Below are positions 12,201 to 24,660 of a stretch of DNA of 64,000 nt, one piece after another (positions within the stretch are counted from its first letter, which is position 1; each line of letters opens with the position of its first letter). Location: assembly GCF_048593235.1 (NCBI RefSeq), contig NC_133619.1:62572454-62636453 (forward strand). The letters run 5' to 3'. The notes below the pieces were generated by a model. That model searched no databases. It worked only from the letters and a program-made list of their open reading frames with translations, and was not told the origin of the DNA. The translations under genes and the position numbers were made by a program. The stretch is from Sminthopsis crassicaudata (taxonomy: Eukaryota).

Positions 12201-13049
12201 CAATCCTCCAAACACACCCCTTCCCACTGCAGAGGGACCCTCCTTTCATGTCCCCCACCGCCACATAACACGTAAATAACCTCTCCGTTTAGCCAGATAC
12301 TGACGAACCCCCCGGAAAAAAAGAAGAAAAAAAAGCGTCTTTATTCATTTATCAATGTAGCATCCACAACTCACAGGTTTGAAACAACTGAACTAGTGAG
12401 AATAACATCTTCAGAAAATCTCGACTTGTAATGCCAGCGCTACTATTTATTATTTGTTACTCTGGGAGAAAAACCTCTACGAGCCTCGGTTTCCCTCTCT
12501 GCATAATAAAGATAATGTAATACCTGTCCTGCTACCTTTACAGGCTCAAGGAAAAGGATGGAAGAAGCTGTTATTCTCTAAGTAGGACTACAGTTGGGAA
12601 AAGAGTGCTGAGTCCCAAAGAAAGGGCAGCTCTGCTCTCAGCCAGTTGTGGGGTCTTAGACAAGTTCCACTCTCCTCTTTATTTCTGTTTTGTTATCTGA
12701 AAAGTGAAAAGGAGTTAGATCCTAGAAATTCCCTGTAGTTCTAAATACTATATTTCTCTGAAAACAATTGCTCTCGATGGGGCAACATTCAACCACAGTT
12801 AATTCTCAAAGATGGAAAATACCTCAGAAGCCGTCCAACCTAACCTGAATAAAAATCTCTACCCACATTCCCAACACATTGTCATTCAGTCTTCCCTGGA
12901 AGACTTCTGGTGAGGAAGCACTCTCCACTTCCCAAGGCAAGCTCCTTCTCCTCCCAAGTGTTTTGTCCACAAATGGGGTTAGAGGTACACTGGTGGGGAA
13001 AAACTGCACCAATTCTGACTAGCAACTTTTCCTCAAATTTAGTCTTAGA

Positions 13050-15100
13050 GAATTATCTGGGTGCACTAAATGACTAACCTCAAACTCAGATCTTGATTCT
13101 GAAGACTTCTCTATTCATTATAGCAAGGTGCCTCTCATTCCACTTTAAGAAAGCTATAATTGTTAGGAAGTTTTTATTTAGATCAAGCCTTTATATAACA
13201 GCTTTTTACCAAGTTTCCATTGTTCCTCTGAAACCAAGCGGAAAGATCTCCCTGCCCTCCCAAGTATAATCTCTTTGCCACATAAGTTTCTTGAGTATTT
13301 GAAGACATCATTGTGTCCCCACTATTGTCTTCTCTCTTCCAGGTTAAACATACCAGATTTCTTCCACTGCTCCCGATGTGTATGACCTGCTCATCTCAGT
13401 TGTCTTCCTCTAGACATATTACTAATATATCCCATTGAAATGTTAAGCATCACAAGTACCTATGTGCCATCCCTATGGAACGTCACTAAAAACTGCCTTC
13501 CAAATTGATATTGAACCATTAATGACTGCTCTAAGTGTAGTCATTCAATCACTTCTGGAGCCTCCTAATTGTAATGTCATCTAGGCCACATCTTTTCATT
13601 TTTTTTTTCCAAGAGATGAATTTGAAACACTTCGTCAAATGTTTTGCTAAAATCTCCCCTGGTCTGCCAGATTATTAACCCTGTCAATAAAGGAAGTAAT
13701 GTTAGATAGGCATCCTTGATGAGGCTATGCTGGCTTTATCATCATTGCTTGATTCCTAGTCAATTTTTTAGCAATACGTTACAGAATTTGGCAACAATTA
13801 GACTCTAGTTCACCAAATTGTAGTTTGTAAATTTCTTTTTTAAATTTTAAAAATTTGGGACATTTACTCAAAGCTACTGTATCTCCCCAGTTACTGAAAT
13901 TTCAAAGACCCCCTAAGAGTGCTTTATCAACACACTAGGCAATTACGTCAATTCCATGGGATGAAATTCATCTAGCTCCTGTGAGTTAGCTTAAATTAGG
14001 AAACTTGATACTTTGTACTTAGGTCTCAGTTCCCCACTCTTCATTTTTTTTTTCTCAGTACAAGTATCACAATAAAAAAAAAATTAGGAAGAAAAAGGTT
14101 TGTCCTTCCTTAATCCTCTTTCTAGCCACACTAGTTTTTAAAAGAACCTTTTTTAATTGTCCAACTTCATTTTTAATTACGAAGAAATTTTAAAGGACTA
14201 TGTCACTTTTTTATTCAATTCCCATTACTAGTCTTAACCTATTTTTTTATATACAACTTAAAAAAATCTAAATTGCACTTCCCTCATCTTTACAGACATA
14301 TGATGGACTATGCGTAAATATAGTGAGTTGCTTTGCTTTATTGTAAAAGAAAATTCTTAAAAAATTACCTAGGCATATGTTCTGTCAATAAAAAGTTATA
14401 AAAAAGACATATAAGGTACATTCAAAAAAAAGTTATTTCATATATTTTACCATATTTAACATATATTGAATTACTTGCTCTCTAGGGGAGGGAGTGGGAG
14501 TAAGGGAGAAAAATTAGAACACAAGATTTCGCAAGGATTAATGTTGAAAAATTATCCATGCATATCTTTTGAAAATTAAAAAGCTTTTAAAAATTTGTTC
14601 CTACTATAAAACTGAAAAAAAGATAATTACCACTTTATAATAAAGTTTGAGATCTGGTAAAAAAAAATTCTCCATTTAAAAAATTATTTAGCTTGGTAAA
14701 TGGTTCCTCATACACCCACAATCATCTCTTTGGACAGTTTCCCTCTTTTTCTTCCTCTTTGAAATTTGGGTCTTCAGAATTCATTCTTGAGAGTCTCCTG
14801 TTCTACCAGGATTGACCTGCAGAATGGTAGACTTTGGGACCCCTACCTGTTATTTGAACATTTTGAAATTTGCTCTCCCAAGGCCTGGAACACATATCAG
14901 ATTAGGTCTAAGCTCCCTCTCATCCATCACAAATTCTAACATGGAGTAGGAGCTCCCTCCACTCCAAAGTTAAGTTCATTTCTAATTTCTGCTTGAGCGA
15001 TTCACTTCTCCCTGTTGGTAGATTCAGGTCCAAAATAGCAGTTCTTCTCCTTGTTTTTTCTATCAGTGCTTCACTCTTACTCATATGTCTTCTAATCTTT
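13050..15100 (-). mobile_element. Ancient L3/CR1 LINE ORF2 fragments (antisense), interrupted by younger insertions
   Basis: Recognisable L3 antisense tracts (tcttctctcttccaggttaaacatacc; gtcaaatgttttgctaaaatct; aggctatgctggct). Boundaries approximate. Confidence 0.6.
14330..14640 (+). mobile_element. Marsupial L1 3'-UTR fragment
   Basis: catatttaacatatattgaattacttgc..taggggagggag..aatgttgaaaaattatccatgcata..aaaattaaaaagctttt resembles the dasyurid-type L1 3' tail. Confidence 0.65.
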
Positions 15101-15651
15101 TCTCAATTAACAGCCACATAGTTTGGGGGGAAAAAAAAAAAAAAAAAAACATACCATCTCATGTCCTCTCAGGTTCAGACAAGGACAAGGCCCTGGTGAG
15201 AGAGTGATTAGTGAGGCCTCAGCCACTAGCTCTGGGTGACAATTCAAATTAATCCCACTGGAGGAGCTTACCTTTCACACGTGGGGTTGTAATGAGTCTT
15301 TAAATGCTCACATGAAATTATTTTGTTTTAGTGCCTCTTCTGAAAATCAGGGAGCACTGACAGGCACATCCATCTGCATTTACTTATTTACAGAGTTTGC
15401 ATCCCAGGCAAAATTCGCATTTTCACAAAAGGAGCTTTTATCACATTGAATACAACTGACCCGACATATGGTGTCTGTGCTTGCAACTCCAAAGAGAAAT
15501 TTCTGTGATCTGGGGTGGGAGCAGCAAAGGCAAGAGAGAGCCTAGAGCAGCCTTGAGGCTCCTAGATACAGAACCTTAAGCCACATTTCTCCAAGGGCAG
15601 GAGGAGTTCATAAGGAGCTTAGCTTGGACATACATCAAAATCCAGACCCTC

Positions 15652-16680
15652 TCAAAGGATATGAACAATTTTCAGATGATGAAATTAAAACTATTTCCAC
15701 TCATATGAAAGTGTTCCAAATCACTATTGATCAGAGAAATGCAAATTAAGACAACTCTGAGATATCATTACACACCTGTCAGATTGGCTAAGATGACAGG
15801 AACAAATAACGGTGAATGTTGGAGGGGCTGTGGGAAAACTGGGACACTGATGCATTGTTGGTGGAGTTGTGAAAGAATCCAACCATTCTGGAGAGCAATC
15901 TGGAATTATGCCCAAAAAGTTATCAAACTGTGCATACCCTTTGACCCAGCCATACTACTACTGGGCTTATATCCCAAGGAAATACTAAAGAAGGGAACGG
16001 GACCTGTATGTGCCAAAATGTTTGTGGCAGCCCTTTTCATAGTGGCTAGAAACTGGAAGATGAATGGATGTCCATCAATTGGAGAATGGTTGGGTAAATT
16101 ATGGTATATGAATATTACGGAATATTATTGTTCTGTAAGAAATGACCAACAGGAGAAATACAGAGAGGTTTGGAGAGACTTACATCAACTGATGCTGAGT
16201 GAAACGAGCAGAACTAGGGGATCATTATACACTTCAACAATGATACTGTACGAGGATGTATTCTGATGGAAGTGGATTTCTTCAACATAGAGAAGAGCTA
16301 ATCCAATTCCAATTGATCAATTATGGACAGAATCAGCTACATCCAGAAAAGGAACACTGGGAAATGAGTGTAAACTGTTATTTTTACCTTCTGAATCCAA
16401 TTCTTCCTGAGCAACAAGAAATTCGGTTCTACACACATATATTGTATCTAGAATATATTGTAATATATTTAACATGTATAAGACTGCCTGCCATCTGGGG
16501 GAGGGGGTTGGGGGAGAAAGGGGAAAAAATCTGAACAGAAGTGCAAGGGATAATGTTGTAAAAAAATTACCCATGCATATGTACTGTCAAAAAAAAGTTA
16601 TAATTATAAAATTTTTAAAAATGTTATAATTATAAAATTAATAAAAAAAAATAAAAGAAAATTTTCTAAAGAAAAAAAAA
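15652..16680 (+). mobile_element. 5'-truncated LINE-1: ORF2 C-terminus, 3' UTR and A-rich tail
   Basis: ORF 15727-16266 encodes the L1 ORF2 C-terminus with the CCHC knuckle ([18 protein letters not shown]), followed by a G-rich 3' UTR and an A-rich tail at ~16640-16680. The 15-bp TSD AAAATCCAGACCCTC lies at 15637-15651 and 16920-16934. Confidence 0.95.
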
Positions 16681-17619
16681 TTCCTCTCAGATTACCTTCC
16701 ATCGCCTTTTCATAAAGTTTGTATATACATGTTAGTTATTTATATGTATTTCACGTTATATTGTAAATTCCTTAAGAGAAAGGGCCTATTGTTGCCTTTC
16801 CTTGTATCCCTAGCACATAGCATACTGCAGCATGTATTAAGTGCTTAATAAATGCATTAAATTAAAAGAATAATAAAATTAATAAATTCAGATTGATTAA
16901 ATAGTAAAAATAAATAAATAAAATCCAGACCCTCCTCCTCAGTGGAGCAGAGCAAGGGAAAGGACACCTCACCACTCAGATAATAAGGAGTAGGAGCAGT
17001 TGTCACTAGCATTTGATTTCATCATGGGGGAGGGGGAGTTTGGGGTCCTGACAAATAGAACAGTCAAGTGATGACAAAGAGTCACCAACTCTGGATATAT
17101 AAGGAAAGATTTGAAGTGTGGTGACCAGCCCTTAAAATAATAGTCATGGTTGAGTAGTTCATGATCAATTCTATTTGGTCAGTCAACAATCTTTATTAAG
17201 GATTTATAATTCAAGCACTGGTTGGAGGGAGTCAAAGAGCAGCTGCTCTAGAGAAGCTTCCATCGAACATGTTTTATACCAAAAAAGCAGAGGATCTTCC
17301 TTAAATATCCTTAAATTTTTTTTAAAATCCTTAAAATAGGATTGACTTATTGTTGGGAGTAGGAAAAGGAAAAGTTCGTGATATGCAATAGTACTTTTTG
17401 TTTATTGGATTCTCCTCGCTTTCTTCTTGTGGAACTGTGATTCTCAGAGTACTAACTGTATACACACTTCATCTTATCAGTGGTGAACTTGAAGGCACAA
17501 GTATCCCAGATCTCAAATTCTCCATTGGAAGGAGATTTTTTCTGCTACCCACAGAAGGTGATTCAATGAAGATATTCCCCTTCTGGATGTCAATACATTG
17601 CATGTCAAAAAGATCTAAG

Positions 17620-17860
17620 GAGGCTAGAAAATTGGGCTGCATTCTAATAAAATGAAATTTATTAGGGATCAATGTAAAGTCTTACACGGGTTCAAAAAAC
17701 AATGGATTTCATGTGGAAAAGGCTTTGTTAGAGTGTAGTTTGTTAAGTCAAAAGATATTAGCATACTCCAAGAAGCTCAATATGAATCAACAGTACAATA
17801 TGGCTATCAAGAAAGGTAATGTAATCTCAGCTACATTCAAAGGATTGTAAATTCTAGGAT
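17620..17860 (+). mobile_element. L3/CR1 ORF2 fragment
   Basis: caaaaagatct..ggctagaaaattgggctg..aataaaatgaaattt..gggatcaatgtaaagtcttacac..aagctcaatatgaatcaacagt matches the L3 RT region. Confidence 0.75.
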
Positions 17861-18429
17861 TATGAACACAATGGTCTCATGAATATTATTCCCATTTCTG
17901 GATTATTGTGGTTTAAAAGAACAATGACAACACAAGCTAGTTTTGTCTCACAAGTACTCAAGTAAAGATTTGCACCAGCAAAAGAGTACCAGAAATTCAA
18001 GGACAAACAATAGTATGTCATTTTCCCAGACCAGGTCACTACAGGGAAATGATCTATAGGCTTGTAGGTCCAGGAAAGGTGCAAGAAGGGCCTTCTAGCT
18101 CATTATAAGCAGTGTAGTTTATATTGGAGGCAGGGAGCAAGAATAGCAGTAGGAGGGAAAGAGCATCAGTATTGTTCTGACTTCAAAAACAGACACAGAT
18201 CCAGCAGACTGAAACTGGGCAGGGAAGGCAAGACCATGGCTGAGCCTACAATAGCACTGTGGCAGCCCCAGAGCCAGATTCCAGATTCAACCTACAGACC
18301 TTCGCTTGAGTTTGCATCTGAGTAACCATGGCCTGGAATAATTAGAAGTCACCTAGTCAGTCATTTCAATCTGAATTTGAAAAGATTTTCTTATAGCTAA
18401 TAGGAACAAGATCCAGCAACTCTACTACT

Positions 18430-19910
18430 GAAAGGAAACCTGAAATTATATTACAAAGATCTAAACAGAGGTCCAGAGCCTGCAAGGTTCAAACAAGGAG
18501 GGCAACAATCAAATCATTTAACATGCCTCAAAAGTTTGCAGTCCCTTGACCTGAGCCATTCCTGAGATCCTTGTAAAATACAGAACTAGATGGCTAGATT
18601 GCGCAATGGATGGAGCAATCAAGAGAACCTGAATTCAAATCCAGCTTCAGACAATTAACATTAACTGTGTGACCCTGGGCATTTAATCCCAAATGCCTTG
18701 CCAAAAGAAAAAAGAATGTATCACTGATAGATTAAAGAAAACAAGAGCAGGACTTCAAGATAATCCACATCAGAACCACAAAAAGTCTTAAGATTTCCTT
18801 CAGAAATGTGCAGATCCTGGCTCTAACAAAAAGTCCCAATTCAGAAAGGATGGTAGAATGGGTAAACAAAAAAGACATCAGAATTGTTATAGATTCAAGG
18901 AGTCCCAAAACACAAACCTAAAGGAAAAAATAATGCAAAGACATCTGCAAGCAAAACCTCAAAGAAAACCATTTGGTCACAAGGTCAGCTAGAACTCATA
19001 GAAGAAACACAAGAGTCTAAAAAAGATATTATAAATGAGAGCTTTTGCTCAAAAAAATACATGAAAAGAGAATAATTTATAAAAGAGGTTCAAGTAACAA
19101 ACTCTCTGAAGATTAGCATGAACCAAAAAGAAGTTAATGACCCGGAGACAATATGAAATATTAAAACAAAGTCAAAATGATAAACAAGAAAATAAATTAC
19201 TTAGTTAAAAAAACAAACAAAAAAAAAACAAAAACAAAAACAAAAACAAAAAAAAAACTGCTGAGAAAGCTAGAAAGCAGCCTGGCAGAAATTAGGCTTA
19301 TACAAACTTCTTACAACATAATCTACAATATGTTCTAATTGGATAGGTAACCCTAATATTAAAGGTCACATTATTTTAAAAATTAGAAGAGATGATATAT
19401 CTCATATGTATGGTCAGCAGAAGATGTATTCTCAGCCAAACAAAAATAAATTAGATTATTTTTATTACAAGAAACTGAAAATAGAAACTTTAAATAATCT
19501 CATATCAAAAACAATTGACCTAGCAAACAAAGGATGAATAAAAAAAAAAATCTATCCTTATTGAATTACCTAAACAGCAAGACCAAAAAAAGGAGCCTGG
19601 AAACCACATCTCAAGAAAACATGAATTATAAAACTGACCAAATCTATTGGAATTAGAGGATAAAATGAAAGTAGAAAAAATTCACTTTTTACCTCCTGAA
19701 ATCCCAGAAAACTCCCAGGAATATCAAAGTCCAAATCTAAAGTTTCCAAGTCAAAAACTACTTTAAGAATCCACAAGGAAAAAGCTCAAGTACATAGAAG
19801 CTAGTTAGTATCACAAAAGATTTAGCCGCTAAACGAGAGGAGAGTTGAGAATACAATATTCTGAAAGGCAAAAGAGCTTTACAATCAATAACAACATCTA
19901 GGAAAACTGA
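18430..19910 (+). mobile_element. Old, fragmented L1 5' region / ORF1
   Basis: A-rich decayed ORF1-like sequence (atgggtaaacaaaaa; aattgacctagcaaac; tatcacaaaagatttagc; gaatacaatattctgaaaggcaaaagagc; ggaaaactgagtat) with stops and insertions. Confidence 0.6.
18590..18712 (+). mobile_element. WSINE/SINE1-like tRNA-derived SINE nested in the old L1
   Basis: ggctag..tgcgcaatggatggagca..ttcaaatccagcttcagaca..tgtgaccctgggca..aatcccaaatgcctt followed by an A tail. Confidence 0.6.
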
Positions 19911-20759
19911 GTATCTCCCTAAAGACACTTTAAAATCTCATTTCATTTATAATAACTTTTTAAATTTTAATTTGTAACTTTTTTTAAACTCTTGCTAGCT
20001 GGTAAGCCTAGGCAAGTCACTTAACAAGTTTTCCTCAGTTTCATCAACTAAAAAATGGGGATAATAGCATTTACCTCACAGGGTTATTGTGAGGATCAAA
20101 TGAGATGATATTTGCAAATGCTTAACATAAAGCCTAACATAGATTAGGTGCCTAATATAAATGTTTATTCTCTCCCTTCCCCCTTTCTTTTTATATCAAT
20201 CATCTCTCTCTGGCTTGGCACTGGAAAATTTTTGCTTATCTTGGGATGTCTTGTATTATCCAGAACTCTAGATGCCTAGGACACCTTTTTGATGTTAATC
20301 TTAACTCAAATTCTATATAACTCCTACCATCAATCACAGAGCTTACAACTCAACTCAATAAAGATTAAATAGAAGTTCTGGGCAAAGCAATGTGAACAAA
20401 TGAGAAAATGGACAGATGAATGAATAGATGAATGAAAAATAATTTATTAAACACTTCCTTTGAGCCAAGCACTATACTAAAACTCTGATCATACAAATGT
20501 GAAAGCAAAGATGAGGCAGACAAATACTTGGCCATCAGACCATCAGATTCCGATAATTGTCCATGGGCTGTCACAGTATGTTCATAGAGACAGCCCAGGG
20601 CCCTGAACCCAAGACTTGAGAATAGCAAGGCTTCCAGCCCACTGCCCTTAGACATTATCCTAAGAAACAAACTGCAATCTGGTCATTGTTGGCATCGCTG
20701 CATTCAAGAAACAGGAGAGAATTAAGTTCTTGCCACCAAAATCCTTTTGCTGCTGTTCA

Positions 20760-21003
20760 ATCGTTTGACAATAATGTCCAACTCTTTGCAACCCTGCCTG
20801 CGATTTTCTTGGCAAAGAGACTACAGTGGTTTACTATTTCCTTCTCCAGCTCATTTTACAGATGAGGAAATTGAGTTAAACGGGAAGAAGTGATTTGCCC
20901 AGCGTCACACAGTATCTGAGGTCAATTTGAACTCAGGGAAATGAGTCTTCCTGACTCCAGGTCTGGCGCTCTATGCACTATGCATAGCACCACGTAGCTG
21001 CCT
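20760..21003 (-). mobile_element. MAR1-like marsupial CORE-SINE
   Basis: Antisense ttcttggcaaag..gtggtttactatttccttctccagctcattttacagatgaggaaa..tttgaactcagg..gagtcttcctgactccagg..tagctgcc. Confidence 0.7.
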
Positions 21004-21269
21004 CTCACCAAAGTCCTGGACGATGTTAAAACATTTGATATCAGAAATCAATATATTATCAATGGAATTGACATTTAAAAAGAGGCTTTGCCAATGTATG
21101 CCTATCAGGCTGGCCACTGAAACCTTCCCTGTATGTGTTGCCTTCCTCCATTAGAATGTGAGCTTTTTGAGAGAAGGGACTAACTTTTCTATTTGAATCA
21201 CAGTGGTTTGTACATGGTAAGTGCTTAATAAATGCTTTATTTCCTGTCCTCTTGGCTTTTATATTAAAG

Positions 21270-21700
21270 CAAGGAAAACTACATAAAGGGGAGCGGTGAC
21301 CGGAGAGAAGGAATAATGGTCTGAAATTGGCCCTAGGATGTTGGGGGAATCGAGGGACACACTCCATACAGAAATCATGACCGCATTGTTTGATCACATT
21401 CCAGGTTCCAAGACAGAGACAGGGAGAAATGGAAGATGAGGGGAGTGAGGGAGTGGGCACGGAGCAGGAGAAGGTCCAGTGAGTTGGAAGTGAAAGGAAG
21501 CATGACTGGGGTTTTTTCTGAACTGATGATCCAGGAGAGGCACTGGGAGAGATACAAAGGTTAGGATAAGGCACAGTATCAAGCTTATGGATCTTATATT
21601 CCAATATGGCAAAGGATTCCATAAGGTCCAATATAGGGAAAGGCCACAGTGAGTCCAAGAAAAGTGCAGGTATTTGCAGACATCTGATAGAAAAATGAAA
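21270..21700 (-). mobile_element. L2 LINE fragment (endonuclease region)
   Basis: Purine-rich plus strand typical of antisense L2. Minus-frame remnant SLDLLLL..HSLTPLIFHFS resembles the C-terminal APE motif. Confidence 0.45.
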
Positions 21701-22139
21701 CAGCACAGCGCCTACACTCAAATGGCTTACTATATGCTTTGGGAAAAATACCAATAATAACTGAAATAATCATATTTCATTGTTGCCCTTTGGTTCAAAA
21801 TGTACATATGAATATATAGGTGGTACTTCCCTCATTAAATGGTGTATTTTGTAAACCATAAAGAACTACGTAAAACATGTGATCTTTACCACTCCTGTGT
21901 GAGGCAGGTGGTACAAGGGTTGCTATGATCATTTGATAGAGGAAAACCTGTAAAAAGCTCAGCAAAGTGAAATGACTTGCTTCAAATTCATATAACTAAT
22001 AAATGACAGAGCCAAGATTTGAATTCAATCTTTTGACTGAATCTGGTCCTTATTTCACTAAATCCAGTTGGAATTTTTCTTTCTTTCTTTAGAGTCTTGC
22101 CCTGGCTCACTGGACCAATCCCTAAGTTTTAAGGATGAA

Positions 22140-22348
22140 AATTTTAACCTTCTCTCAGGCTGATCTGGTCCATGCCTCTTTTGGCACCCTGGTGATCCTC
22201 CATTTCTAGAGGCTCAGTGTATTGATGTCATATTTAGTGTGGACATTCAATTGGCATTCTACTGCAGCTAAGAAATCCTGGATCAAGTGACCCACCAGCC
22301 TTGGCTTCTCTCAAAGCAAAGACTATGGATATCTACCACTGATCCCCA
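22140..22348 (-). pseudogene. Decayed 7SL (SRP) RNA retrocopy including the S domain
   Basis: Plus strand matches antisense 7SL: ttggcaccctggtgatcc ~ TAGGCAACCTGGTGGTCC; tattgatgtcatatttagtgtggaca ~ TATTGATGCCGAACTTAGTGCGGACA; aaatcctggatcaagtgacccaccagcc ~ AACTCCTGGACTCAAGCGATCCTCCAGCC. Confidence 0.8.
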
Positions 22349-23759
22349 CTAGCCACCGTATCTGGCCTTCTAAAACAAGTTGCTGAAATGGATATAAAAC
22401 AATATCATGTGTGGCAAAGCAAAATAGGTTCTGTAGAGATCTAAAGGGAAAACAGCCTAGGAATTGGCTTTTTCTAAATCAGTCACCCACTTCCTGGGTA
22501 GACTTAATGGTTTCCAGGTTAATATGCTGATTAATTTTTGCCTCACTTGACCATAACTCTCCCAGTTCAGCAGTTTTCAGAAGACGCTTAGGGAAAGATT
22601 TGGGTAGCTCCTGGCTCTGCTACAGTAAACTGAGCTGAAGTCCCCAATTTTTAACAGTGACTGGTCCCCGCCTCCACTTGCTTAGAATAGTAACATAAGA
22701 TTTGCTGTTCACCACTCCTGTGGTGCACAGTTCAGTTTATTCACCACAACATTCAGAGGTGTCTGTCCACTCACTAAGCCCACACTCAGGTTTCAGAAAT
22801 AAATCCTATTGCAGGAAAACATCTATCCCTGTGAGCTCTCGCAACCAAGCAGTGTTCTCCTATTCCTTAAAGCTCAGAATAATTCCCATGTGACTACTTG
22901 GGATTGTGTTGTTGCCATTGTTATTTAAGTTTGTTTGTTTGTTTCTTGGTGGAATATTATATCATTGGAAATCTTGCCAGAGAGATTCCAAATAAAATGG
23001 AGACTGAGCCAGAGATAGCACAGTTATGATAGGTTCCAAGTTGTAGACTCAGAATTTTTTTTTTTACAGGTGCAGGAACTGAAACCCAGCGGGGAAAAGA
23101 AGGAATTTATTCATAATCGTAACCTTGAGACTCTGAGGATTTTAATATTCTGGACCTGCAACTGTTCTTAGTGAGGGAAAGGAGATACAGTATAACTAAA
23201 AAAAAAAAACAAACCAGGGCTCCTCAAATGGGGCAAGTCGTAAGGCAGTTCATAATCGGGAATCCAAAAGCTTATAGGATTTAGAGCTCAAAGAGACCTA
23301 CTAATCTAATTGACCAACCTCCCCATTTTGTACAGGAAGAAGCTGAGAGCCAAAGACTTCATGTAACTTGTCCAATGTAGCAGACCTTAGACTGAACTCA
23401 TTTTTCTAGATTCCTTCAGAGAAGTTTGTGTGGAAGAAAGCAGAGGTCTTGAGCCAAAGAGGAAAAAAGAATTATGAAATGTAAAATGTAAAAAATGTTT
23501 AAAAAAAAGTAAGAAAAATGTAAAAAAGATAAGAATGAATTCAGAAAGTAGAAATATGGAAGGTGAAGAGAAAAGAACAAAATGAAGGACCCAAAAGATA
23601 AGGAGATACAGAGAAAGAATGGCATAAGCTGTAAGAAAAGGATTGGAAGGATTTAATCAGAAAAATGAACTTGTTGGTTAAATAAGGTAAGGAGGGAAAA
23701 AAAAGAGTTGGATGTGATTGCAATAGAACTTGTTCACATTTGGACCGAGTTGAAGACTC

Positions 23760-24660
23760 CAACAAATAATATATCAGGAGCTTCTAACAAGAGAGATAAG
23801 ACTTTCCAGTAAGTATGGACAAGATCAAGAACTTAAGTGACCTGAATGGAGAATGAGACATTTCTATTTCTATCATGTTATCTACAGCCTGTTATCTATG
23901 CTGAAAGTACAGGCTAGTTTCCTGACTAGAAAAGAAAAATAAAAGGTTTTGAGAAATGGCAATCCATTTTCCAAATTATCAAGGAAAATGAATTAGTCTT
24001 TGAAAAAACGGAAACTCTTCAATATTATAATAAAGATGGAAAAGGAAGTAAAAGGGAAATCCTTGTGTAAGAAGGTTGGAGGGTAGAAGAAACATCACAT
24101 AGGAGAAAAAAGAAAAAAAGAGCATTAAGCTTTTTAAAAATGAATATTAGAGTTTTTCCAAAGAGGAGGAAGCTAGTCTAAAAGACTTGTTTAAAGAATG
24201 GGATGTTGTGGAGCCATACAAGTTCTCCTTTGAGAGATCAGACAGTAAGAGAAGTTATAGTGGGTGAGTCCTTAATGAGAGGTGTTAAGGCAACTATTTG
24301 CTGAGCTGAAAATAATGAAGAGGGGGCGTATCTGAGACATGACAGGGAATTACCACAGATTTGTCAAATCTGATTAAATCCCCGCCCATTTCTAGTGATT
24401 CACATGGATATACAAGATGCTGATGGAAAAAACCTAAAAATAATTACGAAATATTATGTAGCTTTGGACTCTGGGGGCCTAGATAGTCTTTTCTTGACTA
24501 TTGCTTATCAAGGCAAAGGATTCTAGGGAAAAAAAGGCAGATATCTGATTAAGAAAATAGTATCTGAGAATGGAACTTGAATGACATATAGTGTTAATTA
24601 AGCAAGAAGAGCTATGTGGCTTAAATAAGAAGGAGATGGACAGATGGAAATGTGTCTAAC
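23760..24660 (+). mobile_element. Fossil CR1/L3 ORF1 (SGNH-esterase type) fragment
   Basis: gttatagtgggtgagtccttaatgagaggt = VIVGESLMRG (CR1 ORF1 VxVGDSLLRG block) and ctagtgattcacatggatatacaagat = LVIHMDIQD (LxIHVGTND block); frames are broken. Confidence 0.6.

Noticed and set aside
11383-12279. 298-aa plus-strand ORF over the SLC4A3 promoter
   Set aside because: Low-complexity Pro/Arg/Ala text typical of CpG islands. The same applies to the ORFs at 40000-41000 and 52400-53950.
21059-21754. 231-aa minus-strand ORF in the intergenic spacer
   Set aside because: It spans decayed L2 sequence and has no coherent domain or splice context.
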